Assembly (NCBI GenBank): GCA_030390025.1
Contig: JASTWF010000035.1
Span: forward strand, 2,356,001 to 2,420,000
Length of the DNA stretch: 64,000 nucleotides
Direction of reading: 5' to 3'
From: Squalus acanthias
Lineage: Eukaryota
In this document: positions 22,858 to 35,238 of the stretch, piece after piece
Layout of the letters: every line of letters begins with the position of its first letter
Numbering within the stretch: position 1 is the stretch's first letter
Position numbers and translations under genes: made by a program
Notes under the pieces: model-generated
What the model saw: the letters and a program-made list of their open reading frames with translations, nothing else
Databases searched by the model: none
Told to the model about the DNA's origin: nothing

Positions 22858-24200
22858 AAGGTTCACGAGATTGATTCCTGGGATGGCGGGACTGTCGTAT
22901 GAGAAGAGATTGAGTATACTAGGCCTGTATTCTCTTGAATTCAGAAGAATGAGAGGAGATCTCATTGAAGCATACAAAATTATTACAGGGCTTGATAGGG
23001 TGGATGCTGGGAGAATGTTTCCCTTGGCTGGGGAGTCTAGAACCAGGGGCCACAGCCTCAGGAAAAAGGGTAGGCCATTCAGGACTGAGATGAGAAGAAA
23101 TTTCTTCACACAGAGGGTGGTGAATCTTTGGAATTCTCTACCCCAGAGGGCTGTGGAGGCTCAGTCATTGGGTATATTCAAAACAGAAGTCGATAGATTT
23201 CTGACTAGTAAGGGCATCAAGGGATAGGGCGATTGGGCCGGTGAATGGAGTTGAGGCAGAAGTTCAGCCATGATTCATTGAATGGCGGAGCAGGCTCGAA
23301 GGGCCAAATGGCCTACTCCTGCTCCTATTTCTTATGATCTTATGTTCTTACATAAACAGGCTGGTGGAATGGGTGGACACGTAGCAGATGAAGTTTAACG
23401 CAGAAAAGTGCGAAGTGATACATTTTGGTAGGAAGAACGGGTAGAGGCAATATAAACTAAAGGGTACAATCCTAAAGTGGGTGCATGAACAGAGAGACCT
23501 GGGGGTATATGTACACAAATCGTTGAAGGTGGCAGGGCTGGTTGAGAAAGTGGTTAAAAAAGCATACGGGATACTGGGCTTCATAAATAGAGGCACAGAG
23601 TAGAAAAGCAAGGAAGTTATGTTGAACCTGTATAAAACACTGGTTCGGCCTCAACTGGAGTATTGTGTCCAATTCTGGGCATCGCACTTTAGGAAGGATG
23701 TGAAGGCCTTAGAGAGGATGCAGAGGACATTTACGAGAATGATTTCAGGGATAAGGGGATTCAGTTATGTGGATAGACTGGAGAAGCTGGGGTTGTTCTA
23801 CTTAGAGCAGAGAAGGTTGAGAGGAGATTTGATAGAGGTGATCAAAATCATGAGGGGTCTGGACAGAGTAGATAGAGAGAAACTGTTCCCATTGGCGGAA
23901 GGGTCGAGAACCAGAGGACACAGATTTAAGGTGATTGGTAGAAGATCCAAAGGCGACATGAGGAAAAACTTTTTTGCGCAGTGAGTGGTTATGATCTGGA
24001 ATGCACTGCCTGAGAGGGTGGTGGAGGCAGATTCAATCGTGGCTTTCAAAAGGGAGTTGGATAAGTCCCTGAAGGAAAAAGAATTGCTGGGCTACGGGGA
24101 AAGGGCGGGGGAATGGGACTAGCTGAAATGCTCTTGCAGAGACCTGGCAGGGGCTCGACGGGCCGAATGGCCTCCTACTGTGCTGTAACGATTCTATGAT
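22858..24200 (+). mobile_element. Two stacked CR1 3' fragments (22858-23347, 23348-24200)
   Basis: RGDLIE..K, RTRGH, FFTQRVV..WN motifs; each ends in its own microsatellite tail. Confidence 0.9.
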
Positions 24201-24213
24201 TCATAGAGTCATA

Positions 24214-25108
24214 GGGGGAAAAATTCAGTTGGTTGCGCCTCCCGTTAGCGCCTTAAGAGGCCGCTAATGGGGCACAAAGCATCTGGCGCCCAGGCGTGGC
24301 GATGTTTGCGCCGCTCGCGAAATTAACTAGACATTTAGCGGCGGCGGTAACCACTACCGTCACGATCTCCTGCGCCGGCAGATCGTGACGTCAGTCGAGT
24401 GCGCAACGCCCCGGTATCACCCCGGAGCGGATATTGAGTGGCGCCCCCTGCCTTACCGCCTGCCGCTAGCAACGACAGGTTGAGGGGAGCGTTTTGCAGT
24501 CATGAAGGGACTGGGGGAGCGCTATTTAAAGGCGACCGCTTCCTGCCTTTTATTGTTGGTGACATTTTTGAACCACGCATTCTGAGAGAGAGAGAGAGAG
24601 ACAGACTTCTGGAGAGATTCAACGCTGTGTGAAGGCGTTTTGGGTACTGAGCAGCACTTTGCAGGTTCATTTTGATTTGCCCTTCCTTGTATCGATTTAG
24701 AAGAGACTGTGGGGGCTGCACTCAGCTCTTTCCCTGGTACTCTTCATTGTTCTTTCCAGCAGATTTGATGTGCAGCTCTCTCCAGGCCGAGATTCAAGGC
24801 TGCAATGAGCAGGATGTGGATGGAAAGCAAGATCAACCATCCCCTTTAAGAACTGGCCCGCGCCATTGTGTGTGTGTTCCATTGCTGACTGACCTCTCAT
24901 GAGCTTCGCCAGCGCTCTGAGGTAGCGCCTCGCTCCTCAGCCTTTGCGCCTTAAGACAGGTGTGAAGCGCCTGATTTAGCGCTCCAATCACCTCCAGGGG
25001 CGATAAAAGTCAAGTTTGCAGTCGGTGGCGATAATTAGCGGCAGGCGCTAATCTTTGCGCCCGGCCGATAACTGCGCCCCAAATGGAGCGATACTGAATT
25101 TCTCCCCC
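24214..25108. mobile_element. Non-autonomous Harbinger (deletion derivative related to 34744-38847)
   Basis: TIRs GGGGGAAAAATTCAGT / ACTGAATTTCTCCCCC; ATA TSD; both ends similar to the autonomous element. Confidence 0.9.
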
Positions 25109-25110
25109 AT

Positions 25111-26712
25111 AGAGTCATAACGGCACAGAAGGAGGCCATTCGGCCCATCGAGTCTGTGCCGGCTCTCTGTAGAGCAATCCAGTCAGTCCCATTCCCCCGC
25201 TCTATCCTCGTAGCCCTGCAAGTTTATTTCCCTCAAGTGCCTATCCAGTCTCCCCTTGAAAACATTGAGTGTCTCCGCTTCCACCACTTCTGTCGCCAGT
25301 GAGTTCCAGGTCCTCACCACTCGCTGCGTAAAAATGTTTTTCCTCACATCCCCCCTGTATCTCTTGCCCAAAACCTTAAATCTGTGTCCCCTAGTCTTTG
25401 TACCATCAACTAGTGGGAGCAGACTTTCCCCGTCTAGCCTATCCAACCCGTCATAATCTTGTACACCTCTATCAAATCACCCCTCAAACTGCTTTGCTCT
25501 AATGAAAACAAATCCAGCTTCTCCAACCTGTACTTGTAGCTAAGATCCCCCATCCCCGGAACCGTTCTGGTAAATCTCCTCTGCACCCTCTCAAGGGCCT
25601 TCACATCCTTCCTAAAGTGTGGTGACCAGAACTGGACGCAATTCTCCAGTTGTTGCCTAACCAGCGCTTTATAAAGGTTCAGTATAACTTCTCTACTTTT
25701 GTACTCAATAACTGTATTTATGAAGCCCAAGATCCCATATGCTTTTTTAACCACTCTCTCAATATGTCCTGCCATCTTCAGGGACCTATGCACATTAACT
25801 CCCAGGTCACTCTATCGCTGCACACTCTTTAAAACTGTGCCATTAAGTGTGTATTGCCTCTCCCTGCTCCTTTTGCCAAAATGCATCATCTCACACTTCT
25901 CTGTATTAAATTCCATCTGCCACTTGTCTGCCCATTCTGCTAGCCTTTCTATGTCCTGTTGCAGTCGATTGGTATAGTTGCGATTACGGAGACATGGCTA
26001 CAGGGTGACCAAGGCTGGGAGCTGAATATCCAAGGATATTCGATATTTAGGAAGGACAGGCAAAAAGGAAAAGGAGGTGGGGTGAAACATAGAAACATAC
26101 AAAAATAGGAGCAGGAGTAGGCCATTCGGCCCTTCGAGCCTGCTCGCCATTCAATATGATCATGGCTGATTCTCTATCTCAATACCATATTCCCGCTCTC
26201 TCCCCATACCCCTTGACGCCTTTTGTGTCTAGAAATCTATCTATCTCCTTATTAAATATATTCAGTGACTTGGCCTCCACAGCTTCTGTGGTAGAGAATT
26301 CCACAGGTTCACCACCCTCTGAGTGAAGAAATTTCTCCTCATCTCAGTCCTAAATGTCCTACCTCCATATCGGAGACTGTGACCCCTCGTTCTAGACCCC
26401 CCAGCCAGGGGAAACATCCTCCCTGCATCCAGTCTGTCTAGCCCTGTCAGAATTTTGTACGTTTCAATGAGATCCCCTCTCATTCTTCTAAACTCTAGTG
26501 AATACAGGCCTAGTCAAACCAATCTCTCCTCATACGACAGTCCTGCCATCCCAGGAATCAGTCTGGTGAACCTTCGCTGCACTCCTTCTATGGCAAGTAT
26601 ATCCTTTCTTAGGTAAGGAGACCAAAAATGCACACAGTACTCCAGGTGTGGTCTCACCAAGGCCCTGTATAACTGTAGTAAGACAGCCTTGCTCCTGTAC
26701 TCGAATCCTCAT
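25111..26712 (-). mobile_element. CR1 3' fragments (25111-25975, 26086-26712) with a short + endonuclease piece at 25976-26085
   Basis: ORF2 C-terminal motifs and tails on the minus strand. Confidence 0.88.
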
Positions 26713-28831
26713 GCAAAGATAGAATGACAAAATTGCAAAAATTGTTCATACCAATCTGGCATAAAAGGAAATCTAAAAAGGTGACTCAACCGTGGATAAC
26801 AGGGGAAATTAGAGACAGCATAAAATCCAAAGATAGGGCGTATAAAATAGCCAAAAAAAGCGCCAGAGCGGAAGATTGGGAACAGTTTAAGATAGAGCAA
26901 AGGAGGACAAAGGGCTTAATCAAGAGGGGCAAAATAGCTTACGAAAGCAAGCTGGCGGAAAATATAAAAACTAACTCCAAAAGCTTTTATAAGTATATCA
27001 AGAGGAAAAGACTGGTGAAAACCAAAGTTGGCCCATTGCAGTCAGATACGGGGGAATATATAACGGGAAATAAAGAAATGGCAGACCAACTAAATGCATA
27101 CTTTGGGTCAGTCTTTACGAAGGAAGACACAAAAATCCTCCCTGGGATATCGGGAAAAATAGGGACATTTGCAAAGGAGGAACTGACGCAAGTCAATATC
27201 TCTAAGGATATGGTGTTAAGGAAGCTAAAGGGATTGAAGGCGGACAAATCCCCAGGGCCTGATAACATGCATCCTAGGGTGCTGAAGGAGGTGGCCCTAG
27301 AGATAGCGGATGCACTAAGTATGATTTTTCAGAATTCATTACACTCGGGAACAGTGCCCATGGATTGGAGGGTAGCTAACGTTACCCCACTATTCAAAAA
27401 GGGGGGTAGGGAAAAAGCAGGTAATTACAGACCTGTAAGCCTTACATCAGTTGTGGGCAAAATGCTGGAGTCCATCATTAAGGATGAAATAGCGGAGCAC
27501 TTAGCAAATGGGGACAGGATAGGACAGAGTCAACATGGATTTACAAAGGGTAAATCGTGCTTGACTAATCTATTGGAATTTTTTGAGGGAGTAACTGGTA
27601 AAATAGATGGGGGAGAGCCAGTAGATGTGGTGTACCTGGACTTCCAAAAGGCCTTCGATAAGGTCCCACATAAAAGATTAGCAGGGAAAATTGAAGCTCA
27701 TGGGATAAAGGGGAAAGTATTGACGTGGATAGAGAACTGGCTGTCAGATAGAAAACAGAGAGTTGGAATAAACGGCTCATTTTCTGAATGGCAGGCAGTA
27801 ACAAGTGGGGTACCACAGGGATCTGTCCTGGGTCCCCAGCTGTTCACAATTTACATTAATGACCTGGATCAGGGAGTCGGATGCAGCATTTCCAAATTTG
27901 CAGACGACACTAAACTAGGAGGGGGGGTGGGCTCAGAGGAGGAGACCAGGAAGCTCCAGAGCGATTTGGACAGACTGGGTGATTGGGCGGATAAATGGCA
28001 GATGCACTATAATGTGGACAAGTGCGAAGTTATCCACCTTGGGTGCAGGAACGGGAGGGCAAATTATTATTTAAATGGCAATAAATTGGGAGAGGGGGAA
28101 GTACAGAGAGACCTGGGTGTTCTTGTACACCAGTCACTGAAGGCGAGCATGCAGGTGCAACAGGCGGTCAAGAAGGCAAACGGTATGCTGGCCTTCATAG
28201 CAAAAGGGTTGGAATACAGGAACAGGGATACCTTGCTGCAGCTGTACAGGGCACTGGTGAGACCACACCTCGAGTACTGTGTACAGTTTTGGTCGCCTCA
28301 TCTGAGGAAAGATGTTCTTGCCATGGAGGGGGTGCAGCGGCGATTCACCAGGCTGATACCAGGAATGGCGGGATTGACCTATGAGGAGAGACTATGTAGT
28401 TTAGGTATGTACACACTGGAGTTTAGAAGATTGAGAGGGGACCTCATAGAAGTGTATAAAATTCTGACAGGTCTAGACAGACTAGATGCAGAAGGAATGT
28501 TTCCCTTGGCGGGTGAGAACAGAACTAGAGGACATAATTTAAGGATAAGGGCTAAACCATTTAGGACAGAAATGAGGGGGAATTTCTTCACTCAGAGGGT
28601 GGTGAACCTGTGGAACTCATTGCCACAGAGGGCAGTGTACGCCAGCTCATTAAATATATTTAAGAGGGAATTAGATATATTTCTACAGGCAAAAGGGGTT
28701 AAGGGTTATGGAGAGAAGGCGGGGACGGGATACTGAATTGGAGGATCAGCCATGATCTCATTAAATGGCGGAGCAGGCTCGAAGGGCCGGATGGCCTACT
28801 CCTGCTCCTATCTTCTATGTATCTATGTATG
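26713..28831 (+). mobile_element. Young 5'-truncated CR1; open 670-aa RT ORF (26724-28736)
   Basis: Protein nearly identical to the C-terminal 670 aa of 47631..50381; interrupts a minus-strand CR1 that resumes at 28832-29478. Confidence 0.95.
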
Positions 28832-29477
28832 TACCATTTGCCTTCCTAACTGCTTGCTGCACCTGCATGTTTGCTTTCAGTGACTGGTGTACAAGGACAC
28901 CCAGGTCCCTTTGTACATCAACTTTTCCCAATCTATCATCATTGAAATAATACTCTGCCTTTCTGTTTTTCCTACCAAAGTGGAGACTTCACATTTATCC
29001 ACGTTATACTGCATCTGCCATGTATTTACCCACTCACTCAACTTGTCTAAGTCGCCTTGAAGCCTCTTTGCATCCTCCTCACAACTCAAAATCCCACCTA
29101 GTTTCGTGTCATCAGCAAACTTGGAAATATTACATTTGGTTCCCTCATCCAAATCATTGATATATATTGTGAATAGCTGGGGCCCAAGCACTGATCCCTG
29201 CGGTACCCCACTAGTCACCGCCTGCCACCCCGAAAAAGACCCATTTATTTCTGCTCTCTGTTTCCTGTCTGTTAACCAATTTTCAATCCATGCCAGTATA
29301 TTACCCCCAATCCCATGTGCTTTAATTTTGCACACTAACCTCTTATGTGGGACTTTATCAAAGGCCTTCTGAAAATCCAAATACACCACATCCACTAGTT
29401 CTCTCTTATCTATTCTACCAGTTACATCCTCAAAAAACTCCAGTAGGTTTGTCAAACACGATTCCCTTTCATAAATC

Positions 29478-29748
29478 ATAAAACAAAAGGGGAGGTCTGT
29501 GATAAGGAGAGACATTAAGAGATGCTCAAGGCAAGACGAGATGGTAATAGGACAGGTTAAGAAACAAAAGATGGCTCAGAGGTGTGAAATGCGCTGGCAG
29601 GATGAAAGACAGCTGCTGTGGGGAAGAGAGAGAAAAAAAAGGGAAAAGGCACAAACCAAAAGTGTGGATAAAATATATATATATATGGTAGGGGCCGAGG
29701 TTATTTATTTTATTTCAGATTTCCAGCATCCGCAGTATTTTGCTTTTA
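29478..29748. mobile_element. Rearranged Penelope-like 3' UTR fragment
   Basis: 29478-29704 resembles 8230-8463 (minus); 29705-29748 is the PLE terminal tail in + orientation. Confidence 0.7.
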
Positions 29749-29796
29749 TATTAGTGAGCCCTTCCACATCACCAGACTCAACTGGCTCCTCCCTAC

Positions 29797-29974
29797 CTCA
29801 GGCTTGCCGCAGTCACACTCCTCGCCTTTCTCCACGTACAGGTTGCCACACTCGGGGCCTCCAACCAGCATGTCCAGTCTCGGCATGTTGTAGAGACAGA
29901 TCCCTAAACCATGGCCCAGGTTTTTCATTAATTCCTGTCGGCTGCAGCTGCTGAAGAGTGTTGGTAATATGGAA
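29797..29974 (-). CDS. ADAM metalloprotease exon (end of protease domain / start of disintegrin domain), ADAM12/15/19/33-like
   Basis: SILPTLFSSCSRQELMKNLGHGLGICLYNMPRLDMLVGGPECGNLYVEKGEECDCGKPE; TTTTCAG acceptor, GTAGGG donor; 178 nt, phase 2 to 0. Confidence 0.92.
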
Positions 29975-30179
29975 CTGAAAATAAGGATACACAAGAGTGT
30001 CAAAGGGGAGAAGAAAAAGCAGGAAAGCAGAGAGAATTGAAACACCAAAGAAATACCTAGATAAAACAGTAAAGGAGCAATGGGAGGCCTTCAAGGAGGA
30101 GACAGTTTAGGTACAGACTAGGCACATTTCCAGAAAGGGAAAAGGAAGGGCATTCAAAGCTAGAGCTCCCCTGGAAAGA

Positions 30180-30537
30180 ATGTTAAGCACATCTGTCAGT
30201 GACTTTTTAACGCATCTAACTCATTATCATTTAACCTCCGGGTATGATGAGGAGCCACATGACACAATCTCAACTCCAGTGTTTAAAGGGACAATGCAAA
30301 GATGCAAATTGGAGGTGTTAGAGATCAAGAGAAGAAAGGAGGAAGTTGAGGAATGGAAGCGAGATGTGCAAAGGCTGCACCCCGTTTCAATGATGCCCCC
30401 TGGATGTGCTACTGGGGGTTGTGAGGAGGAGATACTATTCCCCAGCAATGAGAGGAAGAAACCGGCAGCACTAACCAAGGTGGCGTGGTTGGAGGTTGCC
30501 GAGGAGGTCAGCAGCAGGAGCGCAGTGCCACACTGCT
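30180..30537 (+). pseudogene. Harbinger Myb/SANT gene remnant (continues at 33704-33965)
   Basis: AAPRFND...ILFPSNERKKPAALTKVAWLEVAEEVSSRS; 33865-33935 resembles the exon-3 start at 2371-2440. Confidence 0.7.
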
Positions 30538-31791
30538 GGGAGTGTACTACAGACCCCCAAACAGTGAGAGGGAGATAGAAGAGCAAATATGTAGACAAAT
30601 ATCTGAGAAGTACAAAAACTATAGGGCAGTAATAGTCGGAGATTTCAACTACCCCAATATTAACTGGGATAAAATTAGTGTGAAGGGTATAGAGGGTGTG
30701 GAATTCCTAAAATGCATCCAGGAGAACTTTTTTAGCCAGTATGTAGCAAGCCCAACAAGGGAGGGGGCGGTTCTGGACTTAGTTTTAGGGAATGAAGCTG
30801 GGCAGGTAGAAGGCTTATCAGTGGGGGAGCACTTTGGTGCTAGTGACCATAATTCTGTTAGATTTATGGTAGTTATGGAAAAGGACAAGGATAGACCAGG
30901 AATAAAAATTCTAAATTGGGGAAAAGCAAATTTTGCTAAGCTCAGAGGGGATTTAGCCATAGTGGACTGGAAACAGCTACTGTAAGGTAAATCAGTGTCA
31001 GAGCAGTGGGAGGCATTCAAGGAGGAGATCCGGAGGGTTCAGACCAAGTATGCGCCCTTAAAGAAAAAAGGTGGGACTAACAAATCAAGAGCCCCCTGGA
31101 TGTCATACAGGGTAGGATAAAGAAGAAAAGGGAGGCGTATGACCGATACCGAGGGCTAAATACTCCAGAATCTTTAGAGGAGTACAGAAAGTGCAGGGGT
31201 GCAATTAAAAAGGATATTAGGAAAGCAGAGAGAGAGCATGAAAAATTCTTGGCAAGTAAAATCAAGGAAAACACAAAGATGTTTTATAAATATATTAAGA
31301 GTAAGAGGATAACTAAAGAAAGGGTAGGGCCTATTAGAGATCATGAGGGTAATCTGTGTGTGGAGGCGGGAGACGTCGGTAGGGTTCTTAATGAATACTT
31401 TGCGTCTGTTTTCACAAAGGAGAGGGGCGAAGCAGACATTGCGATCAGGGAGGAGGAGTGTGAAATATTAGATGAAATAAACATAGTGAGAGAGGAAGTA
31501 TTCAGGGGTTTAGCAGCTTTAAAAGTGGATAAATCCCCAGGCTCGGATGAAATGTATCCCAGGCTGTTAAGTGAAGAAAAAGAGGAAATAGCAGAGACCC
31601 TGACCATCAATTTTCAATCCTCTCTGGCTTCAGGTGTGGTGCCGGTGGACTGGAGGACTGCTAATGTGATACCCTTGTTTAAAAAGGGAGAAAAGGATAG
31701 ACTGAGTAATTACAAGCCAGTCAGCCTAACCTCAGTGGTGGGAAAGTTATTGGAAAGAATTCTGAAGAACAGGATAAATCTTCATTTAGAA

Positions 31792-33083
31792 TCCTCAGAA
31801 TCGGTTTCATTCTTGGACACACGAATCTCCATCAAAGACGGACGCCTCAGCACTTCACTCTACCGCAAGCCCACGCACAACCTCACGATGCTCCACTTCT
31901 CCAGCTTCCACCCTAACCACGTTAAAGAAGCCATCCCCTATGGACAAGCCCTGCGAATACACAGGATCTGCTCAGACGAGGAGGAACGCGATGGACACCT
32001 ACGGACACTGAAAGACGCCCTCGTAAGAACGGGATATGACGCTCGACTCGTCGATCAACAGTTCCGACGGGCCACAGCGAAAAACCGCATAGACCTCCTC
32101 AGAAGACGAACACGGGACACAACCAACAGAGTACCCTACGTCGTCCAGTACTTCCCCGGAGCGGAAAAACTACGCCATGTTCTTTGCAGCCTTCAACATG
32201 TCATCGATGACGACGAACACCTTGCTAAGGCCATCCCCACGCCTCCACTACTCGCCTTCAAGCAGCCGCCTAACCTCAAAAGTACCATCGTTCGCAGCAG
32301 ATTACCCATCTTTCAGGAGAACAGCAACCACGACACCACACAACCCTGCCACGGCAACCTCTGCAAGACATGCCAGATCATGGACACAGATACCATCATC
32401 ACACGTGAGGACACTACCCACCAGGTACATGGTACATACTCATGTGACTTGGCCAACGTTGTCTACCTGATACGTTGCAGTAAAGGATGCCCCAGAGCTT
32501 GGTACATCGGCGAGACCATGCAGACACTGAGACAACGTATGAACGGACACCGCGCAACAATCGCCAGGCAAGTGGGTTGCCTCCCAGTCGGGGAACACTT
32601 CAGCAGTCAGGGGCATTCAGCCTCGGATCTGCGGGTAAGCGTTCTCCAAGGTGGCCTTCGGGATACACGACAGCGCAAAATCATAGAGCAGAAACTGATA
32701 GCCAAGTTCTGCACTCATGAGGATGGCCTCAATCGCGATATCGGGTTCATGTCACGATACAGAATGTGACTTGACATCATGGCCGGTCTTTCCAGGTTTT
32801 TTTTTAAAACTAACACAAGAACCAAACCCAAATGGAGAGGATATGCAGCCAGCAGGTGTTTTGACACGTTGGACCCCCTGGGACACATCTCATTGTCTTG
32901 GCTGTGCTCTTAGTGTGTCTTTGATGTAGGGAAAGATTTGAATACATTTTTTCTGTGTTTATATTGTGAATTCTGGGAGATTCTCTCACAGCTACCCTAC
33001 CTGAAGAAGGAGCGACAGCTCTGAAAGCTTGTAATTTTAAATAAATCTGTTGGACTATAACCTGGTGTTGTGCGACTTCTCAT
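31792..33083 (+). mobile_element. Penelope-like element (second family): RT C-terminus + GIY-YIG + 3' UTR
   Basis: FLDT..LYRKPT..SFHP, QPCHGNLCKTC, NVVYLIRC..C..YIGET..LRQRMNGH, GLNRD; TSD TTCATTTAGAA at 31781-31791 and 33084-33094. Confidence 0.93.
32998..33033 (+). ncRNA. Minimal hammerhead ribozyme motif of the second PLE family
   Basis: TAC-CTGAAGA-A-GGAGC(GACA)GCTCT-GAAA-GCTT-GTA. Confidence 0.7.
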
Positions 33084-35238
33084 TTCATTTAGAAAGACAC
33101 GGATTAATCAAGGATAGTCAGCACGGATTTGTTAAGGGAAGGTCATGTCTGACAAACTTGATTGAATTTTTTGAGGAGGTAACAAGGAGGGTAGATGTGG
33201 GTAGTGCATTTAATGTAGTGTATATGGACTTTAGCAAGGCTTTTGATTAGGTTCCACATGGCAGACTGGTCGCGAAGTTAAAAGCCCATGGGATCCAGGG
33301 CAAAATGTCAAGTTGGATTCAAAACTGGCTCGGAGACAGGAAGCAGAGGGTAATGGTTGATGGGTGTTTTTGTGACTGGAAGGTTGTTTCCAGTGGGGTT
33401 CCGCAGGGCTCAGTACTAGGTCCCTTGCTTTTTGTGGTATATATCAATGATCTAGACTTGAATATAGGGGGTATGATTAAGAAGTTTGCAGATGATACTA
33501 AAATCGGCTGTGTGGTTGATACTGAAGAAGGAAGCTGTAGACTGCAGGAAGATATCAATAAATTGGTCAGGTGGGCAGAACAGTGGCAAATGGAATTCAA
33601 TCCGGAGAAGTGTGAGGTAATGCATTTGGGGAGGGCTAACAAGGAAAGGGAATACACATTAAATGGTAGGACACTGAGTAGTGTAGAGGAACAAAGGGAC
33701 CTTGGAGATGGCTGACTCCCAGCTACAATTAAAGATCAGACAGCCACATGTCATAAGGCACTCAGTCATACTGACTTGATATCAACAGGGAGTGAAATAT
33801 GATCATGTTTATAATGGTAAGTTGCAACATTCTCACCTTGCCAGTACTCATTCATGTCTTTTATCTCCCACAGGTCCTTCATGCATGCAGCATGAGTTGA
33901 TGGCTGTCACGGACGATGATTCCTCAGAGGAACTCAATCGTTCTGAATGTGCACCATCACACTTTCATTTTCCAAAATTCCATAGATTCTGGAACAGTTC
34001 CCATGGATAGGAAGGTAGCAAATGTAACCCCACTATTTAAGAAAGGAGGGAGAGAGAAAATGGGGAACTACAGACCAGTTAGCCTGACATCAGTAGTAGG
34101 TAAAACACTAGAATCTATTATTAAGGACATGGTAACAGGACACTTAGAAAATAATAATAGGATTGGGCAGCGTCAACACAGATTTATGAAAGGGAAATCG
34201 TGTTTGACAAATCTGTTAGAGTTTTTTCAGGTAGTAACTAGCAGAATAGAAACAGTTGATGTGGTGTATTTGGATTTTCAGAAGGCATTCGATAATGGTT
34301 TTATGAAATACATTCAAACAGCGTTAACATGGTTTTATGAAAGGGAAATTGTGTTTGACAAATCTATTTGAGTTCTTTGAGGAGGTAACGAGCAGGGTGG
34401 ATAAAGGCGAACCAGTAGATGTAGTGTATTTGGATTTCCAAAAGGCATTTGACAAGGTGCCACATAAAAGGTTGCTGCATAAGATAAGAGCTCATGGTGT
34501 AGGGGGTAATACATTAGACTGGATAGAGGATTGGTTAACGAACAGAAAACAGAGAGTCGGGATAAATGGGTCATTTTCAGGATGGCAACCTGTAACTAGT
34601 GGGGTGCCATAGGGATCAATGCTGGGACCTCAACTATTTTCAATCTATATTAATGACTTGGATGAAGGAAGAGAGTGTATTGTAGCCAAATTGGCGGATG
34701 ATACAAAAGATAGGTGGGAAAGCAAGTTATGAGGAGGACATAAGGGGTTAAAAATTCAGTTGGTTGCGCCTCCCGTTAGCGCCTTAAGAGGGCGCTAATG
34801 GGGCGCAAAGCCGCTAACGCCCAGGCGCAGCGATGTTTGCGCTGCTCGGGAACTTAACTAGAGATTGTGTGGCGGCGCTAAAACTTACCGCTGCGACCAC
34901 CTGCGCGCGCAGATTGTGATGTCATTCCATGGTGCAACGCCCTTGTGGCGCCCCGGAGCGGAAATTGAGTGGCGCCCCCTGCCTTACCGCCTGGCGCATC
35001 CAACGACCGGAAGACTGGAACGCTATCAATCGCTGTGGGGCTGGGGGGGACGCTATTTAAAGGGGGCCTCTTCCTGTCTTTTTCTGTGGTCGACATTTTT
35101 GCACCACTCGTTCTGAGAGAGAGAGATTCGGAGAGAGAGAAAGAGAGACTTCTGCATTGACTCAATGCTGTGTGAGGTAGTTTTGCCTACTGATCCTAAC
35201 TTCGCTGGTACTTTAGTTGCTGTCCTTCATTACTTTGC

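Larger units (their letters stand above)
30538..33703 (+). mobile_element. CR1 ORF2 fragment interrupted by a Penelope insertion
   Basis: LGVYYRPPN, GDFN, SDH; RT resumes after 33084 (HLERHGLIKDSQHGF...FADD). Confidence 0.9.
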
